NCBI GenBank assembly: GCA_026398535.1
Contig: JAPLSQ010000031.1
Location: 4,165 to 68,164, forward strand
Length of the DNA: 64,000 bases
Reading direction: 5' to 3'
From: Candidatus Sumerlaeota bacterium
GTDB lineage: Bacteria > Sumerlaeota > Sumerlaeia > Sumerlaeales > Sumerlaeaceae
Under the pieces are notes generated by a model. That model was given only the letters and a program-made list of their open reading frames with translations, had not been told where the DNA came from and made no database searches. How positions within the stretch are numbered: the first letter of the stretch is position 1; each line of letters begins with the position of its first letter. Position numbers and translations under genes: made by a program. Positions 17,450 through 27,704 of the stretch are shown here, piece by piece.

Positions 17450-19048
17450 ATGAAGGTTTTTCGGTATGTGCTGGCAGCTTTTCTTGTGCAGATGGTTTCA
17501 TCCTTGGCGCTTGCCGCCAATTTGCTGGTCCCCGGCAGTTACGCGACGATTCAGGGAGCAGTGGATGCCGCCGCGAACACCGGCGACGAGGTTCATGTGA
17601 CTGTTGCCGCAACGTATGACGAGTATGTGATAGTAAGCGGCAGCAAGGATTTGAAAATCGTGGGCGATGTCGCCGGGGTGATCGTCGCCTCCATCGGCCT
17701 CAATGATTCCGCGCAACTCACACTCGACAACATCACCGTCACGAACAAGACGGCCAGGAACAACGGTGATGGCGTGAATCAAAGGTCCACCGGACTGCTC
17801 ACGCTCACGAATTCCGCGGTTTCCGGCTGCAATCTCCGCGGGCTTGTGCATGAAAGCGGCGGCAACATCATCATGACGAATTCGTCGCTGACCGGCAACT
17901 CTTTTGACGGATACGACCGCACGGGCAGCAGCGGTGGCGGTCTGACGGCATCGGGTGGTTGTGTCATCGCGAACAACAACCGCGCCGGACTCATGTTTGA
18001 GGGCGGCGACACAATGACAGCCAATATTTCCGATACGGAAATCAGAGGCAACAACATCGGCATTTATGTGGCGGGCTCCACGAATTTGTCAATCGCGATC
18101 AACTCCTCCCTGTTGCTCAATAATAAACAGGATCAGATGCTCTTGGCCAAACAGGTTCAACTGACCATGGATAATGTGACGCTGCAACACACCTCGTCGC
18201 CCAGTTTCGCGGGCGGAATTCGATTTGACAGCGGCGCCGGAACCGCCACTTCCAGCAGTGTCGTGGCCTCCAACTGCCAGTTCCTGTGCCCCTACAATAA
18301 AAACTGCTTCTGGGTGTTCCACCCGGTCAGCATCAATGCTGTCAATTGCGTCTTCAGCGGGTTTTCTTGCGCCTTTGAAGTGAACGAGCAGGTGGCCGTT
18401 GATTTGACGAGTTGCACGGTCGCCAACACGTTCAATGTGCCGGTCTCGATTAACGGCTACGATGGCGATCCGGTCAGGACGTTTACCGCCAACCGCTGCC
18501 GGCTCACCGGCGGTTCCGCGCCGTTTAATTTGCTCAACGCGGTGGCCACCGAGGCCCGGCTGACGAATTGTGTGTTTGAGGGAGGCGACGTCCAGGTTTG
18601 GTCGCAGGGCGATCAATCGATGTTCGATGCGCGCAACTGCACCTTCGCGGGCGACGTCATCACCACAGCGGCGATGTTCATCCGGCGCGACAACACACTG
18701 AGCCTGCTGGCCAACTGCATCATAGACAATACTTACAATGGTGTGAGCGGCGACACGGGCGTGACGCTGAACAATCACAACAACATGGTGCGGGCGCTCA
18801 ACCAGAACTTCGTCGGCATCACGCCGGGCGGTTCAACAATCCTGGATACCAATCCGCAGTTCGTGCAGGCCAGCAGCGGACCCGGAACCGGCAACTTCCA
18901 CCTGAAGCCCATTTCACCCGCCATCGGCGCGGGCGACAACACACTGGGCGTCACCGTTGACTATGACAACATTCCCCGCGGCGCAACCAATGACATGGGC
19001 GCCTATAAGGGCCCGGTGTCTGACGTGCGCGATTGGGTTATCTATTAA
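17450..19048 (+). CDS. Secreted right-handed parallel beta-helix (pectin-lyase-fold) repeat protein
   Basis: Start at MKVFRYVLAAFLVQMVSSLALAA (signal peptide), inside the longer track ORF 17354..19048. Body is full of Asn/Thr/Gly-rich beta-helix rungs (LTLDNITVTNKTARNNG, IIMTNSSLTGNSF, VIANNNRAGLMFEGG). Confidence 0.75.
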   Translation: MKVFRYVLAAFLVQMVSSLALAANLLVPGSYATIQGAVDAAANTGDEVHVTVAATYDEYVIVSGSKDLKIVGDVAGVIVASIGLNDSAQLTLDNITVTNKTARNNGDGVNQRSTGLLTLTNSAVSGCNLRGLVHESGGNIIMTNSSLTGNSFDGYDRTGSSGGGLTASGGCVIANNNRAGLMFEGGDTMTANISDTEIRGNNIGIYVAGSTNLSIAINSSLLLNNKQDQMLLAKQVQLTMDNVTLQHTSSPSFAGGIRFDSGAGTATSSSVVASNCQFLCPYNKNCFWVFHPVSINAVNCVFSGFSCAFEVNEQVAVDLTSCTVANTFNVPVSINGYDGDPVRTFTANRCRLTGGSAPFNLLNAVATEARLTNCVFEGGDVQVWSQGDQSMFDARNCTFAGDVITTAAMFIRRDNTLSLLANCIIDNTYNGVSGDTGVTLNNHNNMVRALNQNFVGITPGGSTILDTNPQFVQASSGPGTGNFHLKPISPAIGAGDNTLGVTVDYDNIPRGATNDMGAYKGPVSDVRDWVIY

Positions 19049-19209
19049 TATCGCCCCCGGCATATAAAGCTTGAGGACATGGATCAATAGCCTCATGTGG
19101 CGGCAAAGGTTGCTTGTTCAGACGTCAGCCCATCGGCCTCGCGCGCGAATGAGCAGCCTGCCCCGCATGAGGAATCTGTATGGAATATATGGCAAAAGGA
19201 GAAGATGCC

Positions 19210-19803
19210 ATGCGCAACAATTTATCCCTATCGGCAACAAGGCGGGGATTCACCCTGATCGAGTTGCTGATTGTCGTGGCAATTATCGCCATTCTGGCGG
19301 CCATTGCCGTGCCCAATTTCCTGGAGGCACAGACACGCTCCAAAGTCAGCAGGGTCAAAAGCGACATGCGGGCGCTGGCCGTGGCTTTGGAGTCATACTA
19401 CAGCGACTACAATTGCTACCTCATCGATGCCAACCATTACGTCAACTACTACCCGACCGTGACGCCGATGGATTGGACTCATATCAGGGTTTACAGGCCT
19501 CTTTCCACGCCGGTCGCATACATCACATCAATCCCCATCGACACTTATTTTAATCCGAAATGGGATCTCAATCGCCACTACTTTAATTATCACAACTGGG
19601 ACAAATGGGAACGGGAAAACCTGAGCGATCCGCGCATGCAGGGGGGATCATGGTACAACGAGGGCATCAGGCAGGATTGGTGCATGTACAGCATGGGACC
19701 CAACATGGTGTGGGAGGGCGCGGATTGGTATCCGATCACCATGCAGTATGACCCAACCAACGGCACCGTCAGCTACGGCGATATCAGCCGCTGGGGGCCA
19801 TAG
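19210..19803 (+). CDS. Prepilin-type N-terminal cleavage/methylation domain protein (type-IV-pilin/pseudopilin-like)
   Basis: Start at MRNNLSLSATRRGFTLIELLIVVAIIAILAAIAVPNFLEAQ (class III leader + hydrophobic helix), preceded by the SD-like AAAGGAGAAG. Inside the longer track ORF 19180..19803. Confidence 0.8.
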   Translation: MRNNLSLSATRRGFTLIELLIVVAIIAILAAIAVPNFLEAQTRSKVSRVKSDMRALAVALESYYSDYNCYLIDANHYVNYYPTVTPMDWTHIRVYRPLSTPVAYITSIPIDTYFNPKWDLNRHYFNYHNWDKWERENLSDPRMQGGSWYNEGIRQDWCMYSMGPNMVWEGADWYPITMQYDPTNGTVSYGDISRWGP

Positions 19804-19886
19804 TCGGAAATCATTCACTTTCCAGCCTGTGAAATTGTTGTCAAGCGCCAGCGCCTTGTTATGGACGCATTACACAAATCGTACAC

Positions 19887-21017
19887 ATGAAAAACACACT
19901 TGATCAGCTTGCCGTCTGGCTGAAGCGTTTTGAGCGCGAATATGCCGCTCAATCCGCCGCGGCTGCTGCTGGGAGTTCGTCCCCTTTGGCCGGCAAACTT
20001 CACATCAATATCGAGCGGTCCCTCTGGAGCAAACTGCTTGGCGAACCGCTTGGTCAATATTACGCGCCCCGGCCAGATCCTGCGCGCCAGATTTGCTTCC
20101 AACTGCGCATTCAACTTTTTTGCGGCGAACATTTTCCGCTCTGCGCCGCCCCGCTGCAACGCTTCGTCTTTCCGGATTTCGGATTGACGCTCCTGCCCAG
20201 TCTGTTCGGCGCGCGCCTCATCTATCGCGAAGAGATCGAACCGGCGTGGGAGAACAAAGCGCTCATCGGCGATGATGGGAAACTGCCGGCTTGCCTGCCC
20301 GACTTTGAGCATTCAGGGCTCATGCCGAACGCGCTGGACTGCTTTCGGCGCATGCGCGAACTGCTGGGCGCGGAGTGGCAGATCGGTTTTCCCGATTGGT
20401 GCCGCGGACCACTCGGAACGACCGCCTATTTGCGGGGCGATGAAAACATGCTCACCGACCTGTTGACTGATCCCGGATTTGCCCGGCGCGTTATGGAGTA
20501 CGCTTTGCGGGCGCGTTTTGACTGGCTCAATAAACGCGCGCGTTTTCTGGGTCAGAATTCCCCCGGACCGGCCGTTCTTTTCAACGACGATGTTTCCGCG
20601 GGCAACCTCTCACCCCAAACCTATCGCAAACAGGTGTTCCCGCACGAAAAGCAGTGTCATGAATTTCACGAGGGCAGGATTGGCTATCACAGTTGCGGCA
20701 ACCTTACACCGTTCCTCAAGGATATCAGGTCGCTCGGTCCGCTTGAGTTTTTCCATGTATCCCCCTGGACCGATCTGGATGAAGCCGTCAAAGTCTTTCA
20801 TCCGGACACACGCTTGTTTGTGGCGCTCCATCCCATGCGCGACGTGCTCGGCGCTACAGGCGGGGAAACGCGCAAGCGTTTGCGAACAATCAGGGAGCGA
20901 TGCTCGGGCGGCCCTTTCACTGTGCTGATGACGGAATTGATGAGTTGCGGCGCCCCTGCCGAGGATCTGGCAGCCATCCAGCGCGCCGTGGAGATCGCGG
21001 CGGAAGTCTTGTGTTGA
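19887..21017 (+). CDS. URO-D family-like protein (second copy); function unknown
   Basis: 376 aa; GYHSCGNLTPFLKDIRSLGPLEFFHVSPW resembles the URO-D/MtaA C-terminal region. Assignment weaker than for 7475..8461. Confidence 0.5.
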   Translation: MKNTLDQLAVWLKRFEREYAAQSAAAAAGSSSPLAGKLHINIERSLWSKLLGEPLGQYYAPRPDPARQICFQLRIQLFCGEHFPLCAAPLQRFVFPDFGLTLLPSLFGARLIYREEIEPAWENKALIGDDGKLPACLPDFEHSGLMPNALDCFRRMRELLGAEWQIGFPDWCRGPLGTTAYLRGDENMLTDLLTDPGFARRVMEYALRARFDWLNKRARFLGQNSPGPAVLFNDDVSAGNLSPQTYRKQVFPHEKQCHEFHEGRIGYHSCGNLTPFLKDIRSLGPLEFFHVSPWTDLDEAVKVFHPDTRLFVALHPMRDVLGATGGETRKRLRTIRERCSGGPFTVLMTELMSCGAPAEDLAAIQRAVEIAAEVLC

Positions 21018-21078
21018 ACGATAATATGGGCCCGGCTCAATCTCACGAACAAAACATCCATCATGAAGGAGAAGGTTA

Positions 21079-24000
21079 ATGCAAATGAAGAACCCGGCAG
21101 ATGAGCTTCAAAAAATCACCCTGAGCGGTGATGACTGGTTTATCCATGATGATCCCAACGGCGAAGGGATTGCTTCGGGCCTATGCGAGGCCGAATTATC
21201 CGGCTCCGGCTGGATTCGCGCCACAGTACCCGGCAATATTCAGGCCGATCTGGAGTCTGCCCATCTTCTTAAACCAACCTGGTACGGGGAAGGCGATCCG
21301 CTTTTGTGGGATGTGGCGCGCAAGGATTGGTGGTACCGCAAAGATTTCACTGTTCCCGAATCCTTCCAGGATAAGCGCGCCGTGATCATCTTCGATGGCG
21401 CCGACTTTGAATGCGAGGTTTGGTTGAATGGCGACCGTCTTGGTTCTCACGCGGGCATGTTCCGGCGCTTCTGGTATGACATTACCGGAGCGATCCGGCC
21501 GGGGCAGAAGAACCGGTTGGCGGTCCGTATTGCGAGGATGCCGGAGGAGCTTCTGCCGTTCCTGAAAAACTCCGATGGCAAAATGAGCGGCGCTGAAACA
21601 GAGTTCTTCTTTGTCTATGCGAACAACAAGATACGCCGGGTGCTCAAGGACCTGAAAAGTCCCGCCAACTGCAGTTACGACTGGGGAACGAATATCTACA
21701 CCCTGGGCATCTGGAAGGATGTCCGCATCGAAGCGTCGCGGACAGCGCGCATTGAATGGGCTCATGTGCAGACGGAACTGAAGGATGATTATTCCAAAGC
21801 GATCGTTCATGCGATGTTGGATGTTGACAGTCTTTCCGGGGTGAAAACCGAGGTTGCCTTTACCGTCAAGGGGCCTGACGGACAGACCGTGACAGCGATC
21901 ACCAACTCCGCATTGAAAAATGGGAGAAACACTGTCACGGCGCGGATCGAACTGCCCAATCCTTCACTGTGGTGGCCTGCCGGATATGGCGGGCAGCCGC
22001 TGTACGAGCTCGAGTCAACGCTCAAAGACACAGGCAGCGGCGTCGTCCTCGACACGAAGACCGTGCGCTTTGGCGTGCGTGAAATTCGATGGGAGCAGGT
22101 TGAGGGCGCGCCGCCCGATTTCCTTAACCCCTATCGGCTTGTGCTTAATGGAAAGACCATCCGCACAATGGGCTCAAACCTGGTTTCACCGGATCTCCTT
22201 TTTGGCCGCAACGCGAAGCGCGGGCCATGGTTCATTCATGTCGCAAAGTTCTCCGGCATGAACACGCTTCGTTTGCATGGCGGCGGTGTCGTTCTCCCGG
22301 AAAATATGTATGATCTGGCTGACGAGCTTGGCGTGATGATCTCGCACGAGTTTCCCGTCGCCAACTGTGTTCAGGAATCCGATCCCGTCTTTCTGGAAAA
22401 CCTGGAGGCAACCTGCCGGAATATCATCAGGCAGGTGCGCAACCATCCATGCATCATCGAATATTCGGGCGGGAACGAGTTGAACTGGAAAGCGACGGAT
22501 GACTATGCCGCGCTCCACGTCATGGAAAGGGTGACCGCCGGGGAAGACAACCGGTTGTTCCGCGCCACCTGCCCCATGCAAGGCTCCCGGCATTCGCCAT
22601 GGCATTATGACCGCAAGATCACTTACACGCATTATGACAACGAGAACCTGAACGACAATTTTGAGCAGAACCGCCTGATGCGCTATGGCGAGTTTGGCAC
22701 TCAGTCGCCGGCAAACATCGAAGTCTGGCATCGCGACATTCCGCCAGCTTCCCAGTGGCCCATCGACGGGGTGGATGACCCGGTCCTGATCCGCAAAAAC
22801 GTGGTGCAGGCCGTCTTCAGCGATGAATTCTGGCTGACGCGGGAGATTGTGGAGGATTTGTTCGGTTTGTCAAACAGCCTTGAGATGCTCATCAAGGCCG
22901 GGCAGTTCATCGGCGCCGAGGGATTGCGTTACACAATGGATGCTATGCGCCGCCGCGGCGCCCGGCTCGGCGGATTCACCAACTGGGATTACAACGAGCC
23001 ATGGCCAAACGGGGCGGGCAGTTACATCGTCGATTATGACGGCCGAACCCTGATGAATTTCGACTTTTTCAAACAAGCGCTCGCGCCCGTCTGCCTCAAC
23101 ATCAAGCAGACGGAAATCCTGTATGATCCTGATGAGGGGCTGACAGTGGAGTTCTGGCTGGTCAGCGACGCCCCGCAACCTGTGCAAGACCTTCGTTGGC
23201 GATGGCTTGCTCGCGACCGCCGCGGCGATGTGTTTGCCAGGGAACAGGGCGATTTCGCGATCAAACCGCTCGAAACAATCAACCTCGGCAAAGTGACGCT
23301 GAAACCGCCCGCCAAGACCGCTTTCGGCCCCCTGTTCCTGGAACTCCAAATCGTGGATTCGAACGGCCAAATACTCGCGGAGCGCATGCACATCTTCGGG
23401 CGATCAGGAGTTCACGGCGCCCTTTCCGGATTATTAAAAAATCATGCGCCTGACAGGGATGACGATGAGCCCGGCTCATTGAACAATCTCGATAATCCCG
23501 CCAATCCGCTCAATTTGGCTTATGCCGGCAACGGCGCTGTCATCACCGCGTCTTCTGGCGCCGAGTGTGCGGACTTCGATCCTCTGGAGGGACTGATTGA
23601 CGGCAAATATGGGCCGACCCGGATATGGAATGGAACACAACCAAAGTCATGGTTCCAGATCGATCTGGGCAAAGTGGCCGTGGTGGGCCGCTTCAAACTG
23701 GGGCGCGACCGGCACGGCCACCTCAAGGACAGAACTCTTGACTATTTGAAAATTGAAACATCGCTGGACGGACAGAACTGGCAAACGGCCTTTGAGGCGC
23801 ACCGGCTTGCGGCGCTGGCAGGGGACTGTCAGCCCCCAAGCCACGAAGGCGCGTGGCTGCCGATCGTCAAACAGCTTGCAGAATACCTGGATTACAGGCC
23901 GACATGGACGATGGAGGTTTTCACGCAACCGCTGCGCGCGCGTCATGTCAGAACGACCATTGCCCCCAAACCAGGCAGGACGAAATATGCCGCCCTTGAT

Positions 24001-24849
24001 GAATTTGAGGTTTACCCGCCGGATGATACTATTGCGGGAAGTTTTCCGCGGTTCATCTTTACCGATGCCAATGAGCTCGCCCGCCCTGTCAAGCGCGCCA
24101 CACTGAATGTGACGGCAAAATCCGCGCGTCTCGAAGGCGATCAGGAAATACTGGAACTGGCGGTTGAGAACCGGGGGACAATGACCACGCTTTTCTGCGA
24201 ACCGCATCCTATGCTCAATTACCGGACTGACCTGCTCATTGAGAATAAAAATGTCTGCATTCCGCCCAGCGAGCTTCGAACCATCACGATCCGCGGTCCG
24301 CGAAATCCCGCGCAGGGATTGACGCTCGCGCAAACCGGTTGGCGTCTTGCCTCATGGAACGCCGACGATGTCATCATTGCTCCCAGCGATGATGTCTTAC
24401 TTGCCTTTGGGCGTCAGGACGCGATGACGCGGGAATTTATGGGTTATGACAAATCATCAACTCCTGCGTTAAATGTTGAAACCACCGTTACCGGTTCACG
24501 ACCTGATGCTTTCGAAATCCCATATCTGCTTGATCAGTTGGGAGTTCTCCGCATCGAATTCCCTGTCCCGGACAGGTGGGCGGGGCGTGCCGCGCGTCTG
24601 CGCATCCACACAGCGGACCGCTCGCGCATGCCAGTAAATGTCAGGGTCTCCATCAATGGACAAACGTTTATGAAGGAATTGCCCGGCGGTCTTGGAATTC
24701 AGGATCAGAATCCCGCCCATCTGGCCTATCCCGCAACCATGGAAATCGCGTTTCCGGCAGGCGTGCTCCATACCGGTCCCAACACAATGGAGATACGAGT
24801 GAGCGGGGGCTGGATGTCTTGGGATGCGCTGGACATGGTCGCCTTGTAA
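21079..24849 (+). CDS. Glycoside hydrolase family 2 (beta-mannosidase-like) giant enzyme with a C-terminal F5/8 type C (discoidin) domain; no signal peptide
   Basis: GH2 N-terminal architecture (WIRATVPGNIQADL…WWYRKDFTVP…AVIIFDGADFECEVWLNGDRLGSHAGMFRRFWYDIT) and TIM-barrel region (MNTLRLHGGGV, EFPVANC, YSGGNE). Discoidin-like block ITASSGAECADFDPLEGLIDGKYGPTRIWNGTQPKSWFQIDLGK. 1256 aa. Confidence 0.8.
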   Translation: MQMKNPADELQKITLSGDDWFIHDDPNGEGIASGLCEAELSGSGWIRATVPGNIQADLESAHLLKPTWYGEGDPLLWDVARKDWWYRKDFTVPESFQDKRAVIIFDGADFECEVWLNGDRLGSHAGMFRRFWYDITGAIRPGQKNRLAVRIARMPEELLPFLKNSDGKMSGAETEFFFVYANNKIRRVLKDLKSPANCSYDWGTNIYTLGIWKDVRIEASRTARIEWAHVQTELKDDYSKAIVHAMLDVDSLSGVKTEVAFTVKGPDGQTVTAITNSALKNGRNTVTARIELPNPSLWWPAGYGGQPLYELESTLKDTGSGVVLDTKTVRFGVREIRWEQVEGAPPDFLNPYRLVLNGKTIRTMGSNLVSPDLLFGRNAKRGPWFIHVAKFSGMNTLRLHGGGVVLPENMYDLADELGVMISHEFPVANCVQESDPVFLENLEATCRNIIRQVRNHPCIIEYSGGNELNWKATDDYAALHVMERVTAGEDNRLFRATCPMQGSRHSPWHYDRKITYTHYDNENLNDNFEQNRLMRYGEFGTQSPANIEVWHRDIPPASQWPIDGVDDPVLIRKNVVQAVFSDEFWLTREIVEDLFGLSNSLEMLIKAGQFIGAEGLRYTMDAMRRRGARLGGFTNWDYNEPWPNGAGSYIVDYDGRTLMNFDFFKQALAPVCLNIKQTEILYDPDEGLTVEFWLVSDAPQPVQDLRWRWLARDRRGDVFAREQGDFAIKPLETINLGKVTLKPPAKTAFGPLFLELQIVDSNGQILAERMHIFGRSGVHGALSGLLKNHAPDRDDDEPGSLNNLDNPANPLNLAYAGNGAVITASSGAECADFDPLEGLIDGKYGPTRIWNGTQPKSWFQIDLGKVAVVGRFKLGRDRHGHLKDRTLDYLKIETSLDGQNWQTAFEAHRLAALAGDCQPPSHEGAWLPIVKQLAEYLDYRPTWTMEVFTQPLRARHVRTTIAPKPGRTKYAALDEFEVYPPDDTIAGSFPRFIFTDANELARPVKRATLNVTAKSARLEGDQEILELAVENRGTMTTLFCEPHPMLNYRTDLLIENKNVCIPPSELRTITIRGPRNPAQGLTLAQTGWRLASWNADDVIIAPSDDVLLAFGRQDAMTREFMGYDKSSTPALNVETTVTGSRPDAFEIPYLLDQLGVLRIEFPVPDRWAGRAARLRIHTADRSRMPVNVRVSINGQTFMKELPGGLGIQDQNPAHLAYPATMEIAFPAGVLHTGPNTMEIRVSGGWMSWDALDMVAL

Positions 24850-24885
24850 CTCAAATTGCGCAAATCTGCAAAGAAGTTCGCCCGA

Positions 24886-26043
24886 TTACGGTAAAATAAG
24901 CGCCTGTGATGCGACGCTGTCAGCGTGGCTCAATGCGCTGCGGCAGGCCGCGGTGCTGGATCGAATGATGAGTTCGGGCGCAAGACTGCGGGTTTCCCTC
25001 TCGGCGGTTCCAGTTCCATGAAGCCTTGCCAGCAACAGATCGACCGCTGTTTGCCCGATGTCGTTGACGGGCTGTCTGACAGTTGTGAGAGGAATTTCGA
25101 GGTGGGAGGACAGTTCGAGATCATCAAAGCCGACGACGGACAGTTCGCCGGGGCATTCCACGTCCAGTTTTCTTGCGGCGCGCATCACTCCCACCGCCGC
25201 CAGATCGTTTGAGCAGACAATCGCCGTGGGCGGCTCGCGGAGCGACAGCAATGTGTAACCGGCGTTCTCGCCGCCGTCGTCGTCCGGCAGGTGGCTGACC
25301 TGAAGCAAAGGCGGCGAAAAGTCTAATCCCCGTTCCGCAAGCAGTTCCTGGAACGCCTGCATTCTTTCGCGGACGCCTTGGGTGAGAATCTGGCAGCATG
25401 CGAAACCGATGCGTTTGTGACCGAGACTCGTCAGATGGTCCAGGACGAGTTCCATGCCCAGCCGGTTGTTGGTTTCCACATAATCAAAACCTTCATGGGA
25501 CGATTTGCCGTCGACAAAGACGATGGGTATCCGCCTTTTCAGAACCCCCGAGAATTGAAAACTGAAATGCTCGCTGATTGTGGGGCTTGTGATGATGCCA
25601 GCCACATTTTGCCGAAGCGCCAGATCAACGACATGATACGCCCTGGAAGGATCGGCTTCCAGTGAATACATGGTGATGGCGTAGCCTTGGCGGTTGGCAT
25701 GGGTCTGGATGACATGCGCCAATCCCGAAAAGAACTGATGCCGGACATCAGGAAGCAACAAACCGATGATTCGCTCCTTGTGCGATTGATGACCGTCCGG
25801 GACGAAAACGCCAATGCCACGTTTACGCGACAGTGTGCCTTCTTTGATCAGACTTCCCACCGACTGTTGAATGGTGATCATGCTGACTTTGGTCAGCTTG
25901 ACCAGTTCGTTGTAGGAAGGCAACTGGTGTCCGGGTTTCCACTCGCCCGATTCGATTTTCGCCCTGATCGCCTTCGTTATCTGCACATGGAGCGGTTCGT
26001 CCAAATGCCGATTGATCACAATATCCCAATCATTGATTGTCAT
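24886..26043 (-). CDS. AraR-like chimeric transcriptional regulator (GntR-type HTH + LacI/GalR-type sugar-binding domain), paralog of 16086..17261
   Basis: LPSYNELVKLTKVSMITIQQSVGSLIKEGTLSRKRGIGVFV HTH; PBP1 body (IIGLLLPDVRHQFF, VPDGELSVVGFDD). Divergent from the 26544 operon. Confidence 0.8.
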   Translation of the reverse strand: MTINDWDIVINRHLDEPLHVQITKAIRAKIESGEWKPGHQLPSYNELVKLTKVSMITIQQSVGSLIKEGTLSRKRGIGVFVPDGHQSHKERIIGLLLPDVRHQFFSGLAHVIQTHANRQGYAITMYSLEADPSRAYHVVDLALRQNVAGIITSPTISEHFSFQFSGVLKRRIPIVFVDGKSSHEGFDYVETNNRLGMELVLDHLTSLGHKRIGFACCQILTQGVRERMQAFQELLAERGLDFSPPLLQVSHLPDDDGGENAGYTLLSLREPPTAIVCSNDLAAVGVMRAARKLDVECPGELSVVGFDDLELSSHLEIPLTTVRQPVNDIGQTAVDLLLARLHGTGTAERETRSLAPELIIRSSTAACRSALSHADSVASQALILP

Positions 26044-26199
26044 GACTGCCTTAACCTGAACCTTAACCTGATATTGTCTATTGAAATCCGTGCGGGCTAT
26101 CTTGGAATCGCATTATATTAAATGTTTATGGCGACCGCACTATTTAATACATATATACGCAATTATTTCTTGAATTCATGGGGGGAGGCCGCATGCTGG

Positions 26200-26227
26200 C
26201 ATGACTGTGCCGTCCATGATTGTCATG
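26200..26227. promoter_or_regulatory. Inverted repeat CATGAC-N16-GTCATG in the 500-bp divergent intergenic region; shares the TGTCAT half-site with the 15.99 kb repeat
   Basis: CATGAC at 26200-26205, GTCATG at 26222-26227. The TGTCAT hexamer is the same as the arm of the palindrome upstream of the paralogous regulator. Confidence 0.3.
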
Positions 26228-26543
26228 TTCCTCGTTTCCCAAGGGAGCTTGGCATGTCATGCTTACATGAAAATTATATATTGGCATGCAAACACACGGT
26301 TTATCCCCGGGAATAATGTGTTTCAGCGTCGGGCAATGGCATTTTATTCTTGACTCAATCCCAATATCATCCGAGCACTACGCACATGAAGTTCATGATA
26401 GTGTTGGGTTTCACCAATGTTTCCATTGTTTATGTATAAACCTCAATTTTGATGATGCTTGATCGGCTCAATGAAAGCCGGTGGCTGTTGGTTGCGGGCT
26501 TTTATTGAGGTCGATGGGAGTCTTGCGATAAGGAGAATGAAAG

Positions 26544-27704
26544 ATGATGGATCGAGTGGGACGGATCAAGATGCCTGGAACTCTGCTCATGGGCATAGGC
26601 GCCGTTTCGGAACTGGCGAAATCGGTCGAGTCGCTTGGAGGACGGAGGGTTTTGGTTGTTGCCGATCCCGGAATCGTGCAGGCGGGCGTGGTGGACAAGG
26701 TCAATGCTGTTCTTGAAGCAAAACAGATTGCCGTGAGCGTCTATGACGGCGTCGAGTCTGATCCAAGACTGGAGATTGTGTCTGATTGTGCGGAAAGGGC
26801 TCGCCAGGCTGGTGCGGATGTTCTTATCGGCGTCGGCGGCGGCAGCTCCCTTGATATCGCGAAAGTGGCGGCCATCGTGGTCAGGCATGGCGGTCCCGTC
26901 CAAAGGTTTTTCGGGATTGGAAACACGCCCGGGCGCGGTCTTCCAACCATTGTGTTGCCCACAACCGCTGGAACAGGTAGCGAGGTAACGCCAATCGCGG
27001 TCCTTTCCGATGAAGCTGAAAAGCTGAAGAAAGGTATTGTGAGCGACGACCTGTATCCCGACATCTCAATTGTAGATCCCGGCCTCATGGTCAGCGCTCC
27101 GCCTTCAGTAACCGCATACACCGGCATGGACACTCTGACCCACGCGATTGAGGCATACACCAGCCGTTATTCGCTTCCCTTTGTGGACACGCTGGCCCTT
27201 GAGGCAATCCGGCTTGTTGGCCGTCACCTGCGGCGGGCCGTGTCCAATGGCTCCGACCTCGAAGCCCGTTCCGGCATGGCGCTTGCCAGCACTTATGGGG
27301 GAATGTGTCTGGGTCCCGTGAACACGGCCGCCGTTCATGCGCTGGCGTATCCGCTCGGTGGCACATACCATGTCGCTCACGGCCAGGCAAATGCCTTGTT
27401 GCTGCCATATGTGATGGAGTTCAATTTCCCGAGCGACATGTGCAAGTTTGCGGAGGTGGCGAAAGCGCTTGGGGAAAAAATAGAGGGGCTTTCCCTGCGC
27501 GATGCCGCGCTGGCATCCGTGAAAGCGGTCAGGGAATTATCGATTGATATTAATCTGCCGCAAAAGATGCGGGAATTCAGCATCCCTGAGGACGCCATCC
27601 CCGAGATGGCGGAAGCGGCGATGAAGGTCACGCGGCTGCTCAATAACAATCCCCGCACGGTCAGGATCGACGATGTGCGGCGAATCTATGAGCAGGCGCA
27701 CTAA
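26544..27704 (+). CDS. Iron-containing (group III) alcohol dehydrogenase; lactaldehyde reductase / 1,2-propanediol oxidoreductase-like
   Basis: GGGSSLDIAKVAA, TTAGTGSEVTPIAVL, GMDTLTHAIEAYTS, LLPYVMEFN match Fe-ADH (FucO-like) signatures. SD AGGAGA lies 7 nt upstream. Confidence 0.85.
   Translation: MMDRVGRIKMPGTLLMGIGAVSELAKSVESLGGRRVLVVADPGIVQAGVVDKVNAVLEAKQIAVSVYDGVESDPRLEIVSDCAERARQAGADVLIGVGGGSSLDIAKVAAIVVRHGGPVQRFFGIGNTPGRGLPTIVLPTTAGTGSEVTPIAVLSDEAEKLKKGIVSDDLYPDISIVDPGLMVSAPPSVTAYTGMDTLTHAIEAYTSRYSLPFVDTLALEAIRLVGRHLRRAVSNGSDLEARSGMALASTYGGMCLGPVNTAAVHALAYPLGGTYHVAHGQANALLLPYVMEFNFPSDMCKFAEVAKALGEKIEGLSLRDAALASVKAVRELSIDINLPQKMREFSIPEDAIPEMAEAAMKVTRLLNNNPRTVRIDDVRRIYEQAH

Noticed and set aside
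26122-26316. 64-aa ORF in the 500-bp intergenic region upstream of the Fe-ADH
   Set aside because: No SD, and Cys/His-rich odd composition. The region is AT-rich promoter/operator DNA between divergent genes.
26474-26506. AAAGCC…GGCTTTTATT stem-loop just upstream of the ADH start
   Set aside because: The stem is only 6 bp with a 17-nt loop and a bulge, too weak to call a terminator or attenuator confidently. It could be incidental.
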